This document shows positions 49,583 to 58,359 of a stretch of DNA of 64,000 nucleotides, piece after piece. The DNA is taken from positions 352,001 through 416,000 of the forward strand of contig OY761614.1 in the NCBI GenBank assembly GCA_963664825.1, written 5' to 3'. The notes under the pieces were generated by a model, which was given only the letters and a program-made list of their open reading frames with translations, made no database searches and had not been told where the DNA came from. The first letter of the stretch is position 1. The number at the start of each line of letters is the position of its first letter. Source of the DNA: an uncultured Holophaga sp. (GTDB lineage Bacteria > Acidobacteriota > Holophagae > Holophagales > Holophagaceae). A program made the position numbers and the translations under genes.

Positions 49583-50359
49583 TTACGGACGCCCCTTCAG
49601 GGCCTTCATGAAGGGCGCGCTCACGGGGATCAGGGCGCCGTGGCCCCGGAGATGGAGAGTCCCCCCGCCGTTTTCCAGCTTTTCGATCCAGGCCACCGCC
49701 CGCAGATTGACCACCGTGGAGCGATGGACCTGCATGAAAGTCCGGGCATCGAGCCTGGCCGCCAGCTCCTTGATGGACAGCTCGATGACGTAGGACTGGT
49801 CCTGGCATTCCACCCGGGTGTACTTGCTATCGGACTGGAAGAACAGGACATCATCCACGGGAATCCAGTGGGTGCGGCGCCCAGAGGAAGCCGTGATCCA
49901 ACGAAGCGGCTCTGGCAAAACGGCCTCAGCAGGCGCTGCCAGTCCTTCGAGCCGCCTGAGCAGCGCTTCCACGGGGACGGCGACGGAGCCGCGATCCCGG
50001 ATGCGGTCCAGCGTCTTCTGGAGGCGCTCCGGGGTCACGGGCTTGAGCAGGTAGTCGATGGCCCCGGCCTCGAAGGCCTCGATGGCGTGGGCATCGAAGG
50101 CCGTCACGAACACGGTGTGGATGCCCGCAGGCAGGCGCGTCGCAAGTTCAAGGCCCGAGATCCCCGGCAGGCGGATATCGAGGAAGGCCAGGTCAGGCCT
50201 GTGCTCACGGCAGAGCGCCAGGGCCTCCTCCCCATCCCCGGCCTGAAGGATCTCCCGCCAGGGGAAGGAGGCGCCGCGCAGGTACTCCACCAGCGCCTCC
50301 CTCAAGCGGGGCTCGTCTTCCACCACAAGGGCTGTCCAGGCTGGCGAGGTCATGGGCAT
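49583..50359 (-). CDS. LytTR-family response regulator
   Basis: VEDEP, FLDIRLPG.SG, FVTAF, DYLLKP, FMQVHRS.VVN; start uncertain (50353, 50359 or 50386). Confidence 0.92.
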   Translation of the reverse strand: MPMTSPAWTALVVEDEPRLREALVEYLRGASFPWREILQAGDGEEALALCREHRPDLAFLDIRLPGISGLELATRLPAGIHTVFVTAFDAHAIEAFEAGAIDYLLKPVTPERLQKTLDRIRDRGSVAVPVEALLRRLEGLAAPAEAVLPEPLRWITASSGRRTHWIPVDDVLFFQSDSKYTRVECQDQSYVIELSIKELAARLDARTFMQVHRSTVVNLRAVAWIEKLENGGGTLHLRGHGALIPVSAPFMKALKGRP

Positions 50360-50386
50360 GAGATCGATGGTAGAGCCTCCAGCCAT

Positions 50387-51133
50387 TCAGTTCTTCTTTT
50401 CCATGACCTGGGGCAGGCTCTGGATGACTTTCCCCTTTTCATCCATGAACTGGAGCGTGGGCTGTCCCTCGGGCGTCACGAGCATCATGATCCGGGGCTT
50501 TCCCTTCGTATCGGCCAGAATCACCGCCGAGGAGCGGCCACGGGTCCTTCCCACGAAAACGCGCGACGTCTGACGCCCACCCGCCTCCACCCACTTCCCC
50601 TTCAGGGCCTCCTTCTCGGGCCCTTCCGGCGCCTTCTGCCAGGCATCGAAGAGCGGCTGGTAGGCCTTGGCTAGTCCACGATCGTAGACATTCAATCCCG
50701 TCTCCATGAAACCGCCCTCCTCGTAGTGGCCCAGGGCCAGCTGCTGGTCACCCCCGAAGCGGTCCATGGAGAAATGCATGCCGGAAACGGGCTTGCCCTT
50801 GGCGTCCAGCTTCCCATCGAAGATGAGGCCCCCGCATTCGTCCCCGGCCTCGTTGTAGAAGATCAGGCCGGGCTTGTGACGGTCGTCTTCGCTTTCCTTT
50901 CCATCCACGATGGCCTTCGGCAGCCGTGTGCGGTTGGCCAGCACCATCTCGACCTGCCCGTTGGGATTGACGATATTGATCCGCTCCACATCGATTTCAC
51001 TGAAGCGGGTCTTCTCGGATGGGGATTTAGCGGCCACCAGCAGGGCGGCGCTCAGGGTCAGTCCCCCCAGGCCCAGACACAGCTTGAGGAGGCGGTTCTG
51101 CTTCTGAAGGGAGAGGACGAGGTCTTGGTTCAT
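50387..51133 (-). CDS. Hypothetical exported beta-rich protein
   Basis: N-terminal coil plus TM; FSEIDVERINIV...G, GLIFYNE.GDECGGL, C-terminal LQF.DE.GKV. Confidence 0.75.
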   Translation of the reverse strand: MNQDLVLSLQKQNRLLKLCLGLGGLTLSAALLVAAKSPSEKTRFSEIDVERINIVNPNGQVEMVLANRTRLPKAIVDGKESEDDRHKPGLIFYNEAGDECGGLIFDGKLDAKGKPVSGMHFSMDRFGGDQQLALGHYEEGGFMETGLNVYDRGLAKAYQPLFDAWQKAPEGPEKEALKGKWVEAGGRQTSRVFVGRTRGRSSAVILADTKGKPRIMMLVTPEGQPTLQFMDEKGKVIQSLPQVMEKKN

Positions 51134-51178
51134 GGGAGCTCCGTTGAAAGACTGCCTGCATCACCCTAAAAAAACATA

Positions 51179-51301
51179 GCCGGGGATAGACGGGGATCTG
51201 CGGGGATGACGTTTCGGGATCAAATCTCACGAATTCCTGGCGTCCTGACCTGCCCGTTTCCAGCTTGCTTTTATCCTCGTCCATCCCCGTGAATCCCCGG
51301 C
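51179..51301. repeat. Palindromic element with three 10-nt tandem units per arm
   Basis: (CGGGGAT-NNN)x3 at 51181-51207; inverted (ATCC[CT]CG-NNN)x3 at 51273-51301. Confidence 0.85.
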
Positions 51302-51377
51302 AAACAGTTCTTTCCGTGTTTTGCAGGTGATCGTTCGTTGGCAGAGCATGGCTAATCACAATCCAGGAATCCAATGG

Positions 51378-52604
51378 TCAGGGCCGACTTCGATGGGAGA
51401 CGGGCATGAGGATCCGCACGCGGACGCCCCCTTCTTCGTGGTCTTCCACCGTCAGGCGGGCCTTGTCCGAGAACAGGAGTTTCAGGCGTTCCCGGAGATT
51501 GGCCAGGCCCGTGCCACGGCCCGCACCCGGTTCCTGAGGAAGGCCGGGGCCATCGTCCCGCACCTCCAGGACCACGTTCCCATCCTCCAGGAGCCCCCGG
51601 ACACTCACGGAACCCGGAGCCTGACGGGGCTCGATCCCGTGTTTGATGGCGTTCTCCAGGGGGATCAGCAGGCAACCCACGGGGACCTCGCAATCCAGGA
51701 TCTCGGAATCCACCTGGAACTCGAAGGAAAGGCGCTCACCGAAGCGGAGCTGGATCAGGGAAAGGTAGCCCCGGGCCGCCTCCAGCTCCTGGGCCAGGGG
51801 CTGGGTGGACTGACGGATGCGGTCGGATACGGACCTGGAATAGGCGATGAGGTGGTCCAGCATCAGGAGCGCCGTGGCAGCGTCGCCCGTGCGCACCAGT
51901 TCTCGCAGATGGGCCAGGGTATTGAACAGGAAGTGGGGCTCCACCTGGGCGCGGAGGAGCAGGAGCTCGGCCTGGGCCAGCCGGGTCTCCAGGGAATCGG
52001 ATTTCCAGGCCGCCTCCTTCCGGCATTCCGCAGCAGCCAAGCGCTCCCCCAGAAGTTCCTGGAAGCGCAGAAGGCGGCGGTAGTTCCGGCCCCGATCGAT
52101 CCACGCGAATCCGTATAGGAAGCGGCTGAGAGGCTGGGCGCCCACGTCCAGCGTGCACATCCGGGATTCGCCCGCGTGAGGATCGACCGGATGCACATCG
52201 AGAATCATCTCGTCCGACAGGACCCAGCGGCGCCACCAGCCGCTCCAGGCGGGGGGCTCGAAGAGGGCCTGAACGTGGTGGGCCCCCAGGGTGAACCGGG
52301 TGGAGGCCATCTCCTCCTGGAGGATGGAAGCCAATTCCCTTTCCGCATCCTCAGGGGCCATGGGGACCTGGATGGTGGCGTGATGAAAGGCCCCCAGGGA
52401 ACGGGCCAAGGGGGCTTCCCGAAGGCTCTTGAACTGCGTGATACCGGCATAGATGCCCAGGCCGACGGCTACCCAGATGAACAGGAGCAGGCCCACGCCC
52501 AGGCCCACCAAACCACCCAGCATCGAGAGCAAAAGGGTCCCACCCAGCCACCAGACCAGGAAGATCCGGAGCGCCAAGCGACAGGCCAGCCATTTCTTGT
52601 CCAA
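51378..52604 (-). CDS. LytS/YehU-family sensor histidine kinase
   Basis: LRAQVEPHFLFNTL, YLSLIQLRFG.RL, LENAIKHG, DDGPG, GTGLANLRERL; TTG start after GAGGAGG. Confidence 0.92.
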   Translation of the reverse strand: MDKKWLACRLALRIFLVWWLGGTLLLSMLGGLVGLGVGLLLFIWVAVGLGIYAGITQFKSLREAPLARSLGAFHHATIQVPMAPEDAERELASILQEEMASTRFTLGAHHVQALFEPPAWSGWWRRWVLSDEMILDVHPVDPHAGESRMCTLDVGAQPLSRFLYGFAWIDRGRNYRRLLRFQELLGERLAAAECRKEAAWKSDSLETRLAQAELLLLRAQVEPHFLFNTLAHLRELVRTGDAATALLMLDHLIAYSRSVSDRIRQSTQPLAQELEAARGYLSLIQLRFGERLSFEFQVDSEILDCEVPVGCLLIPLENAIKHGIEPRQAPGSVSVRGLLEDGNVVLEVRDDGPGLPQEPGAGRGTGLANLRERLKLLFSDKARLTVEDHEEGGVRVRILMPVSHRSRP

Positions 52605-52723
52605 GTAAAGCCTCCTCGGGGACAGTGAAAGCGTGTCACCCCGGGCCATCCCCGGGAAGGGGATTCCGACGAGACAGCGTTTTCGGGCGATGGAAGCCCT
52701 CCCGGAAGGGATGAAGCCCCCCT

Positions 52724-53161
52724 TCACCTCACCAGGAAAAGCCCCGCCGCCCCGCCCACGGTGAGGAGGGTCCCGGCCACGGCCCGGGGCGTGATGGGCT
52801 CACCGAAGCAGATCCTGGAGAGGGGCAGCAGGAAGATGGGCACGATCGATAGCAGGGTGGAGGCCGGTCCCAGGGGCGCGTGATTGAGGGCGTAGAGGGC
52901 GAGGAATCCCCCGGCCAGGGGGCCCAGGGCCGTGCCCGTGAGGATCTGGGCGCAGGTGCGCCCCCGGGTCCAGGCGCCGGAAAGGCGGCACTGGCCCCGC
53001 AGGGCCAAGTAGACCAGGGAGCCCCCAGCCCCCGCCGCCACGCGCACCACCAGAGCCGGGAAGGCCCCCACGCCGCAGGCCATGCCCTTGATGGCCGTGA
53101 ATTGGCCGAGGGCTTGCCCCAGCGTCGCACCCAGGGCCAGGTAGATGCCCCAGGTCCGGGA
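52724..53161 (-). pseudogene. 5'-truncated duplicate of the EamA gene at 57324..58223
   Basis: 52718-53161 aligns without gaps to 57318-57761 (offset 4600); about 32 mismatches in 440 bp by hand count; 5' half missing. Confidence 0.88.
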
Positions 53162-53203
53162 ACAACCAGTTGCTTTATCGCCGGGCCCTGGGTTAAGACG
53201 TTG

Positions 53204-53251
53204 CCACCATATTTAGTGTTGACACGAGACCCACACCACCACATCTTGTAG
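53204..53251 (+). promoter_or_regulatory. Tandem NrdR boxes overlapping a sigma70-type promoter
   Basis: CCACCATATTTAGTGT (53204-53219) and CCACCACATCTTGTAG (53236-53251), 32 bp apart; TTGACA at 53219-53224. Confidence 0.8.
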
Positions 53252-53254
53252 ATA

Positions 53255-53433
53255 TTCTTGGTGGATCCGGTCCCGTCCGGATCTGAAAAGGGAAGCCGGT
53301 GTGAGTCCGGCGCTGCCCCGCAGCGGTATTAGAGAACGACGGTTCCCATGCACTGGCCTCGCGAAGGCTGGGAAGCGGAACCGGAGGAACCTGGGTTTCC
53401 AGAATGCTCTTGAGTCCGAAGACCTGCCAAGGA
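53255..53433 (+). ncRNA. Cobalamin (B12) riboswitch
   Basis: GGTG...AAAAGGGAAGCCGGTG..AGTCCGGCGCTGCCCCGCAGCGGT...CACTG...GGGAAG...B12 box GAGTCCGAAGACCTGCC; P1 TTCTTGG/CCAAGGA. Confidence 0.93.
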
Positions 53434-53594
53434 TCCGCCCTCCGGGCGGAGTGATCTGTCTCGTGGGAAGACGGTTGCTTCCACAGCCTGTTTCGGATCC
53501 TGGGTCACCATCCCAGTGGTGTGTTTGCTGTTGAACCTTCGGTTCCTTGGCAGGGCACCGTCTAGGGCGGAGCCTACCCATCAGAGGAGTTCCC

Positions 53595-55739
53595 ATGCCT
53601 GTTACCTGCGGTCTTCATCCGGCCCCCTGCAACGGTCCGGAACTCTTCCTCCCAGTCACCGTGCGCAAGCGGGAAGGCGGGTTCACTCCCTTCGATGCAA
53701 CGCGCATCCACGCGGCCATCCTGCGGGCGGGTCAAGCCAGCGGAGAGTTCGGCGATGATGAAGCCCATGCGCTCACGATGAGCGTCGTCAAGGATCTCGC
53801 GGGGGACGAGGGTGCCGAACCACCCCATGTGGAGGAGATCCAGGACGCCGTGGAGCGGGCCCTCAGCGCGGCCTGTTTCATCCGCACCGCGCGCGGGTAT
53901 GCGGTCTACCGTGAACAGCGCGCCCGACTTCGCCAGGACAAGAAGACTGTCGTGGACGTGACAACCTCTGTGAACGAGTATCTCGACCGCCTGGATTGGC
54001 GTGTTAACGCCAATGCGAACCAGGGCTATTCCCTGGGAGGGCTAATCCTCAACGTATCGGGCAAGGTCATGGCCAACTATTGGCTAAGCCACGTCTACCC
54101 ATCCGAGGTGGGCGAGGCGCATCGGAGCGGCGACCTCCATGTCCACGACCTGGACATGCTCTCGGGCTACTGCGCCGGATGGTCCCTCCGCACGTTGCTC
54201 TTCGAGGGACTGAACGGCGTGGTAGGCAAGGTGGAGGCCGCCCCTCCGAAACACTTCTCCAGCGCGGTAGGACAGATCGTGAACTTCCTGGGGACCCTCC
54301 AGAACGAGTGGGCCGGGGCCCAGGCCTTCAGTTCCTTCGATACCTACATGGCCCCCTTCATCCGGAAGGACAGCCTGCCCTACAGTGAAGTGCGACAGTG
54401 CATCCAAGAGTTGATCTACAACCTGAACGTCCCTTCCCGATGGGGCACCCAGACGCCCTTCACGAACCTCACCTTCGACTGGAACTGCCCGGAGGATCTG
54501 GCGGACCAAGTGCCCATCATCGGGGGCCGGGAAATGCCCTTCACCTATGGCGAGCTCCAGGCCGAGATGGACATGATCAACCGGGCCTACATCGAGGTGA
54601 TGATGGCGGGGGACGCCAAGGGTCGAGTCTTCACCTTCCCCATCCCCACCTACAACATCACGAAGGATTTCCCATGGGAGTCCCCCAACGCGGATCTGCT
54701 CTTTGAGATGACGGCCAAGTATGGGTTACCCTACTTCCAGAACTTCCTGAACTCGGATCTGGAACCCCGCATGGTGCGCTCCATGTGCTGTCGTCTCCAG
54801 TTGGATCTGCGGGAACTCCTGAAACGCGGCAACGGCCTCTTCGGCAGCGCCGAACAGACAGGCTCCGTGGGAGTCGTGACCCTGAACTGTGCGCGCCTGG
54901 GCCACGTGCACCGTGGGGACGAGGCGCGTCTCTTCCAGCGGACGGACGAACTGATGGCCATCGCGCGGACGAGCCTCGAGATCAAACGCAAGGAAGTGCA
55001 GCGCCTCATGGACAGTGGGCTTTTCCCCTACACGAAGCGCTATCTGGGCACGCTCCGCAACCACTTCTCGACCATCGGCGTGAACGGCATCCACGAGATG
55101 ATCCGCAACTTCACAGGGGATGCCGAGAGCATCACCACTCCTTGGGGCAAGGCCTTCGCCCTGCGCTTCCTGGACCATGTCCGCGCCCGGATCACGGCCT
55201 TCCAGGAGGAAACGGGTCATCTATACAACCTGGAGGCCACGCCCGCGGAAGGCACCACGTACCGCTTCGCAAGGGAGGACCTCAAGCGATTCCCTGGCAT
55301 CCTCCAGGCAGGTACTCCCGAGACACCCTACTACACAAATTCCTCCCAGCTCCCGGTGGGTTTCACGGACGATCCCTTCGAGGCCCTGGAGCACCAGGAG
55401 GAACTGCAGCGGAAGTACACCGGTGGAACGGTGGTCCACCTCTACATGGCGGAGCGGATCAGTAGCGCAGAGTCCTGCAAGCGGCTAGTGCGAAAGGCCC
55501 TTGGTCGCTTCGCTATCCCCTATCTCACCATCACTCCCACCTTTTCAATCTGCCCCTCCCACGGCTACCTCCCGGGCGAACAGGTCCTTTGCCCTCAGTG
55601 CGCATGCCTTGGTCAGGAACAGGCCTGCGAGGTGTGGACTCGGGTCATGGGATACCACCGCCCCACCTCCTCCTTCAATACGGGAAAGAAGGGCGAATAC
55701 GCGGAGCGCACACCCTTCCTGGAACCCGTGGAGGTCTAG
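53595..55739 (+). CDS. nrdD: Anaerobic (class III) ribonucleoside-triphosphate reductase with ATP cone
   Basis: VRKREG...FD..RI ATP cone, GDLHVHDL, RSMCCRL, EATPAE, FSICPSHG...CPQC, glycyl-radical motif RVMGY. Confidence 0.96.
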   Translation: MPVTCGLHPAPCNGPELFLPVTVRKREGGFTPFDATRIHAAILRAGQASGEFGDDEAHALTMSVVKDLAGDEGAEPPHVEEIQDAVERALSAACFIRTARGYAVYREQRARLRQDKKTVVDVTTSVNEYLDRLDWRVNANANQGYSLGGLILNVSGKVMANYWLSHVYPSEVGEAHRSGDLHVHDLDMLSGYCAGWSLRTLLFEGLNGVVGKVEAAPPKHFSSAVGQIVNFLGTLQNEWAGAQAFSSFDTYMAPFIRKDSLPYSEVRQCIQELIYNLNVPSRWGTQTPFTNLTFDWNCPEDLADQVPIIGGREMPFTYGELQAEMDMINRAYIEVMMAGDAKGRVFTFPIPTYNITKDFPWESPNADLLFEMTAKYGLPYFQNFLNSDLEPRMVRSMCCRLQLDLRELLKRGNGLFGSAEQTGSVGVVTLNCARLGHVHRGDEARLFQRTDELMAIARTSLEIKRKEVQRLMDSGLFPYTKRYLGTLRNHFSTIGVNGIHEMIRNFTGDAESITTPWGKAFALRFLDHVRARITAFQEETGHLYNLEATPAEGTTYRFAREDLKRFPGILQAGTPETPYYTNSSQLPVGFTDDPFEALEHQEELQRKYTGGTVVHLYMAERISSAESCKRLVRKALGRFAIPYLTITPTFSICPSHGYLPGEQVLCPQCACLGQEQACEVWTRVMGYHRPTSSFNTGKKGEYAERTPFLEPVEV

Positions 55740-55740
55740 C

Positions 55741-56493
55741 ATGCCGGAGCTGGATATTGGTGGGTTCGTGAGTTTCAGCACCGTGGATTACCCCGGCATG
55801 CATGCGGCCGTGGTCTTCTGCAAGGGCTGCGCCTGGGCCTGCCGCTACTGCCACAACAGCCATCTCCAGGGTCCCGGCGGGCCTCAGTTCTCCTGGGAGG
55901 AGGTGCTTCGCGTGCTGGCTCGGCGCCAGGGCGTGCTGGATGCCGTGGTCTTCTCCGGCGGAGAACCGACCCTCCAGCCCGGCCTCGTCGAGGCCATCCA
56001 TCAGGTCAAGACCATGGGTTTCCGTGCAGCGCTACACACGGGCGGAAGCCACCCGGAACGTTTGGCCCGCACCCTGCCCCTGCTCGACTGGGTGGGCTTC
56101 GATCTCAAGGCGCCCTGGTCCAGCTACGGACAAGTGACAGGCATGCGTGGCAGCGGGCAGGCTGCAAAGGAGAGCCTGGCATACCTGCTGGCAAGCGGTG
56201 TGCCCTTTGAACTGCGCACCACGCTCCACGGGGATCTCCTCAGCCCCAATGACCTGGAATACTTGGCGGAAACGGCCGCAGAGTGTGGCGATCTGGAATG
56301 GGTGATCCAACCCTTCCGACCCCAGGGCTGCCGGGACGAAGGCCTCCTCGCCCGCGCCGAGCCCTCCCTTTCCCCGGCCCATGCCAAGGTGCTGGCCCAG
56401 GCCCGGCTCCGCTTCCCTCGCACATCCATTTCTGTGAGGGGCGACGGATCTCCCACATTCAATCATCCACAACCCATCAGGAGATCCGCATGA
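55741..56493 (+). CDS. nrdG: Anaerobic RNR activating enzyme (radical SAM)
   Basis: STVDYPG...AVVFC.GCAWACRYCHN, FSGGEPT, FDLKA, ELRTT. Confidence 0.93.
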   Translation: MPELDIGGFVSFSTVDYPGMHAAVVFCKGCAWACRYCHNSHLQGPGGPQFSWEEVLRVLARRQGVLDAVVFSGGEPTLQPGLVEAIHQVKTMGFRAALHTGGSHPERLARTLPLLDWVGFDLKAPWSSYGQVTGMRGSGQAAKESLAYLLASGVPFELRTTLHGDLLSPNDLEYLAETAAECGDLEWVIQPFRPQGCRDEGLLARAEPSLSPAHAKVLAQARLRFPRTSISVRGDGSPTFNHPQPIRRSA

Positions 56494-56579
56494 CAGCTAC
56501 CTTGGCGCATTCAGAACAGTAAATCACCCAGGAGGAGCTGGACCGGGCCATGGGCCAGATCGGGGCCGCCCTCACCTGA
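56490..56579 (+). pseudogene. Deletion remnant: a 10-codon start followed by a class-III aminotransferase-like C-terminal tail
   Basis: AGGAG RBS and ATGA overlap, MTATLAHSEQ*, then in frame ITQEELDRAMGQIGAALT*. Confidence 0.45.
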
Positions 56580-56666
56580 GTTCTCCCATCGCGAAACTCA
56601 TTCATGTTCGTCAGCGATTGGCGCTTCTTACGCTGCGCCGAAAGCCCTTTTCGATAACGGAACACC

Positions 56667-57272
56667 ATGGAATACACCTTTCTTTCTGCCACCATCCTCC
56701 TGATCCTGGTCACGGATCCTCTGGGCAACATGCCCCTGTTCATCGCGGCCCTGAGGCGGGTCCGGCCCGAGCGCCACAGGACCGTGATCCTCCGGGAATG
56801 CCTGATCGCCTTTGTGGCCATGCTGCTCTTCATGGTTTTTGGGCGGAAGATTTTGACCATCCTCAACCTGGGTGACGAGGTGCTCCGGGCCGCAGGCGGC
56901 GTGGTGCTCTTCCTCATCGCGGTGAAGATGATCTTTCCTGATCACGGCGTCAAATTGGGAGAGGATGAGGCACTGACCGAGCCCTTCATCGTACCCCTTG
57001 CCATCCCCCTGATCGCTGGCCCTTCGGCCATGGCCACCGCTATGCTCATCGCAGGTGGGAATCCCCACCGGATGATTGAATGGATCGCGGCCTTGGCCAT
57101 CTCCATCCTTGTGACGTTGGTCGTCTTTCTGATGGCCACACGGATCCAGAAGATCCTGGGCGAGCAGGTCATCACCGCACTGGAGCGCCTGATGGGGCTG
57201 GTGCTTACCGCCGTTTCCATCGAGATGGTGCTGCACGGCGTGGGCACCTACATCCGGCATGTGCAGCCCTGA
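56667..57272 (+). CDS. MarC-family membrane protein
   Basis: DPLGNMPLF, AGGVVLFLIA..MIF, PFIVPLAIPLIAGPSA, ERLMGLVL. Confidence 0.93.
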   Translation: MEYTFLSATILLILVTDPLGNMPLFIAALRRVRPERHRTVILRECLIAFVAMLLFMVFGRKILTILNLGDEVLRAAGGVVLFLIAVKMIFPDHGVKLGEDEALTEPFIVPLAIPLIAGPSAMATAMLIAGGNPHRMIEWIAALAISILVTLVVFLMATRIQKILGEQVITALERLMGLVLTAVSIEMVLHGVGTYIRHVQP

Positions 57273-57323
57273 GCCTACCTTGCACCCAACGAAACGGTTG
57301 CTCGTGGCCACACTCGGCCCCCT

Positions 57324-58223
57324 TCACTTCACCAGGAAGAGCCCCGCCGCCCCACCCACGGTGAGAAGGGTCCCGGCCACGGCCCGGGGCGTAATGGGCT
57401 CGCCGAAGCAGATCCTGGAGAGGGGCAGCAGGAAGATGGGCACGATCGAGAGCAGGGTGGAGGCCGGTCCCAGGGGGGCGTGATTGAGGGCGTAGAGGGC
57501 GAGAAAACCGCCTGCCAGGGGTCCCAGGGCCGTGCCCGTGAGGATCTGGACGCAGGTGCGCCCCCGACTCCAGGCGCCGGAAAGGTGGCACTGGCCCCGC
57601 AGGGCCAGGTAGACCAGGGAACCCACAGCGCCTGCAGCCACGCGCACCACCAGGGCCGGGAAGGCCCCCACGCCGCAGGCCATGCCCTTGATGGCTGTGA
57701 ATTGGCCGAGGGATTGCCCCAGCGTCGCCCCGAGAGCCAGGAGGATGCCCCAGGTCCTGGAGCGGCCGGAGGCCCGCTCATCGGGTCCGGCCACCACCAG
57801 CGCGATGCCTGAGAGGGTCACGAGGATGGCGCCAAGCTTGGCCGGGGAAAGGCTCTGGCCCAAGAAGGCCCAGGCCAGGGCCGCGCTGAGCACGGGAGCG
57901 AGCGTCTGGATCAGCATGCCCAGGTGTGGGCCGATCTCCACGAAGGATTCCAGCCCCAGGCCATCGGCCAGCGCGAAGCCGATGAGGCCCGAGAGCAGCA
58001 GCCAGAGCGTCCGGCCGGAGCCCAGTCCCAGGGGCCAGGCCGTGCCCTTGAGGATCCAGTGCAGGATCACCAGGAAGAGGGCGGCCAGCAGCAGGCGCAC
58101 CGCGTTGACGATCTGGGCGCCGATGCGTCGAGAGGCGGCGGTGAAGACCGTCACCGTGATGGCCCACAGGAAGGCCGCCCCCAGGGCCGCGGCCTTGCCC
58201 GCCATCGCATCGTCCATGCCCAT
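57324..58223 (-). CDS. EamA/DMT-family transporter (intact copy)
   Basis: Two EamA halves; AALGAAFLWA, LSGLIGFAL.D, FGEPIT.R...G. Confidence 0.9.
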   Translation of the reverse strand: MGMDDAMAGKAAALGAAFLWAITVTVFTAASRRIGAQIVNAVRLLLAALFLVILHWILKGTAWPLGLGSGRTLWLLLSGLIGFALADGLGLESFVEIGPHLGMLIQTLAPVLSAALAWAFLGQSLSPAKLGAILVTLSGIALVVAGPDERASGRSRTWGILLALGATLGQSLGQFTAIKGMACGVGAFPALVVRVAAGAVGSLVYLALRGQCHLSGAWSRGRTCVQILTGTALGPLAGGFLALYALNHAPLGPASTLLSIVPIFLLPLSRICFGEPITPRAVAGTLLTVGGAAGLFLVK

Positions 58224-58266
58224 CGCCCTACCCTCTACCCTTACCCAATCCTAGCGGGATAAGGAA

Positions 58267-58293
58267 TCAAAAAAGCGGCTCCCGGAGCCGCTT
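58267..58293 (-). terminator. Intrinsic terminator
   Basis: AAGCGGCTCC-C-GGAGCCGCTT with an A-run on the left (U-tract on the minus strand). Confidence 0.75.
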
Positions 58294-58359
58294 CCCAAAG
58301 CATCGTTCTACTTCCTTGGTTGGCGCAAAAGAGCGCCGGGAGCCAGGGGGCGCTGTCCC

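Noticed and set aside
56520..56522. Stop-codon recoding in the remnant after nrdG
   Set aside because: The stop is TAA, which is not a Sec or Pyl codon, and the product would be only 29 aa
52718..57761. EamA repeat pair as a DGR template/variable repeat or a composite transposon
   Set aside because: Mismatches are mostly synonymous rather than adenine-specific; no reverse transcriptase, transposase or terminal inverted repeats
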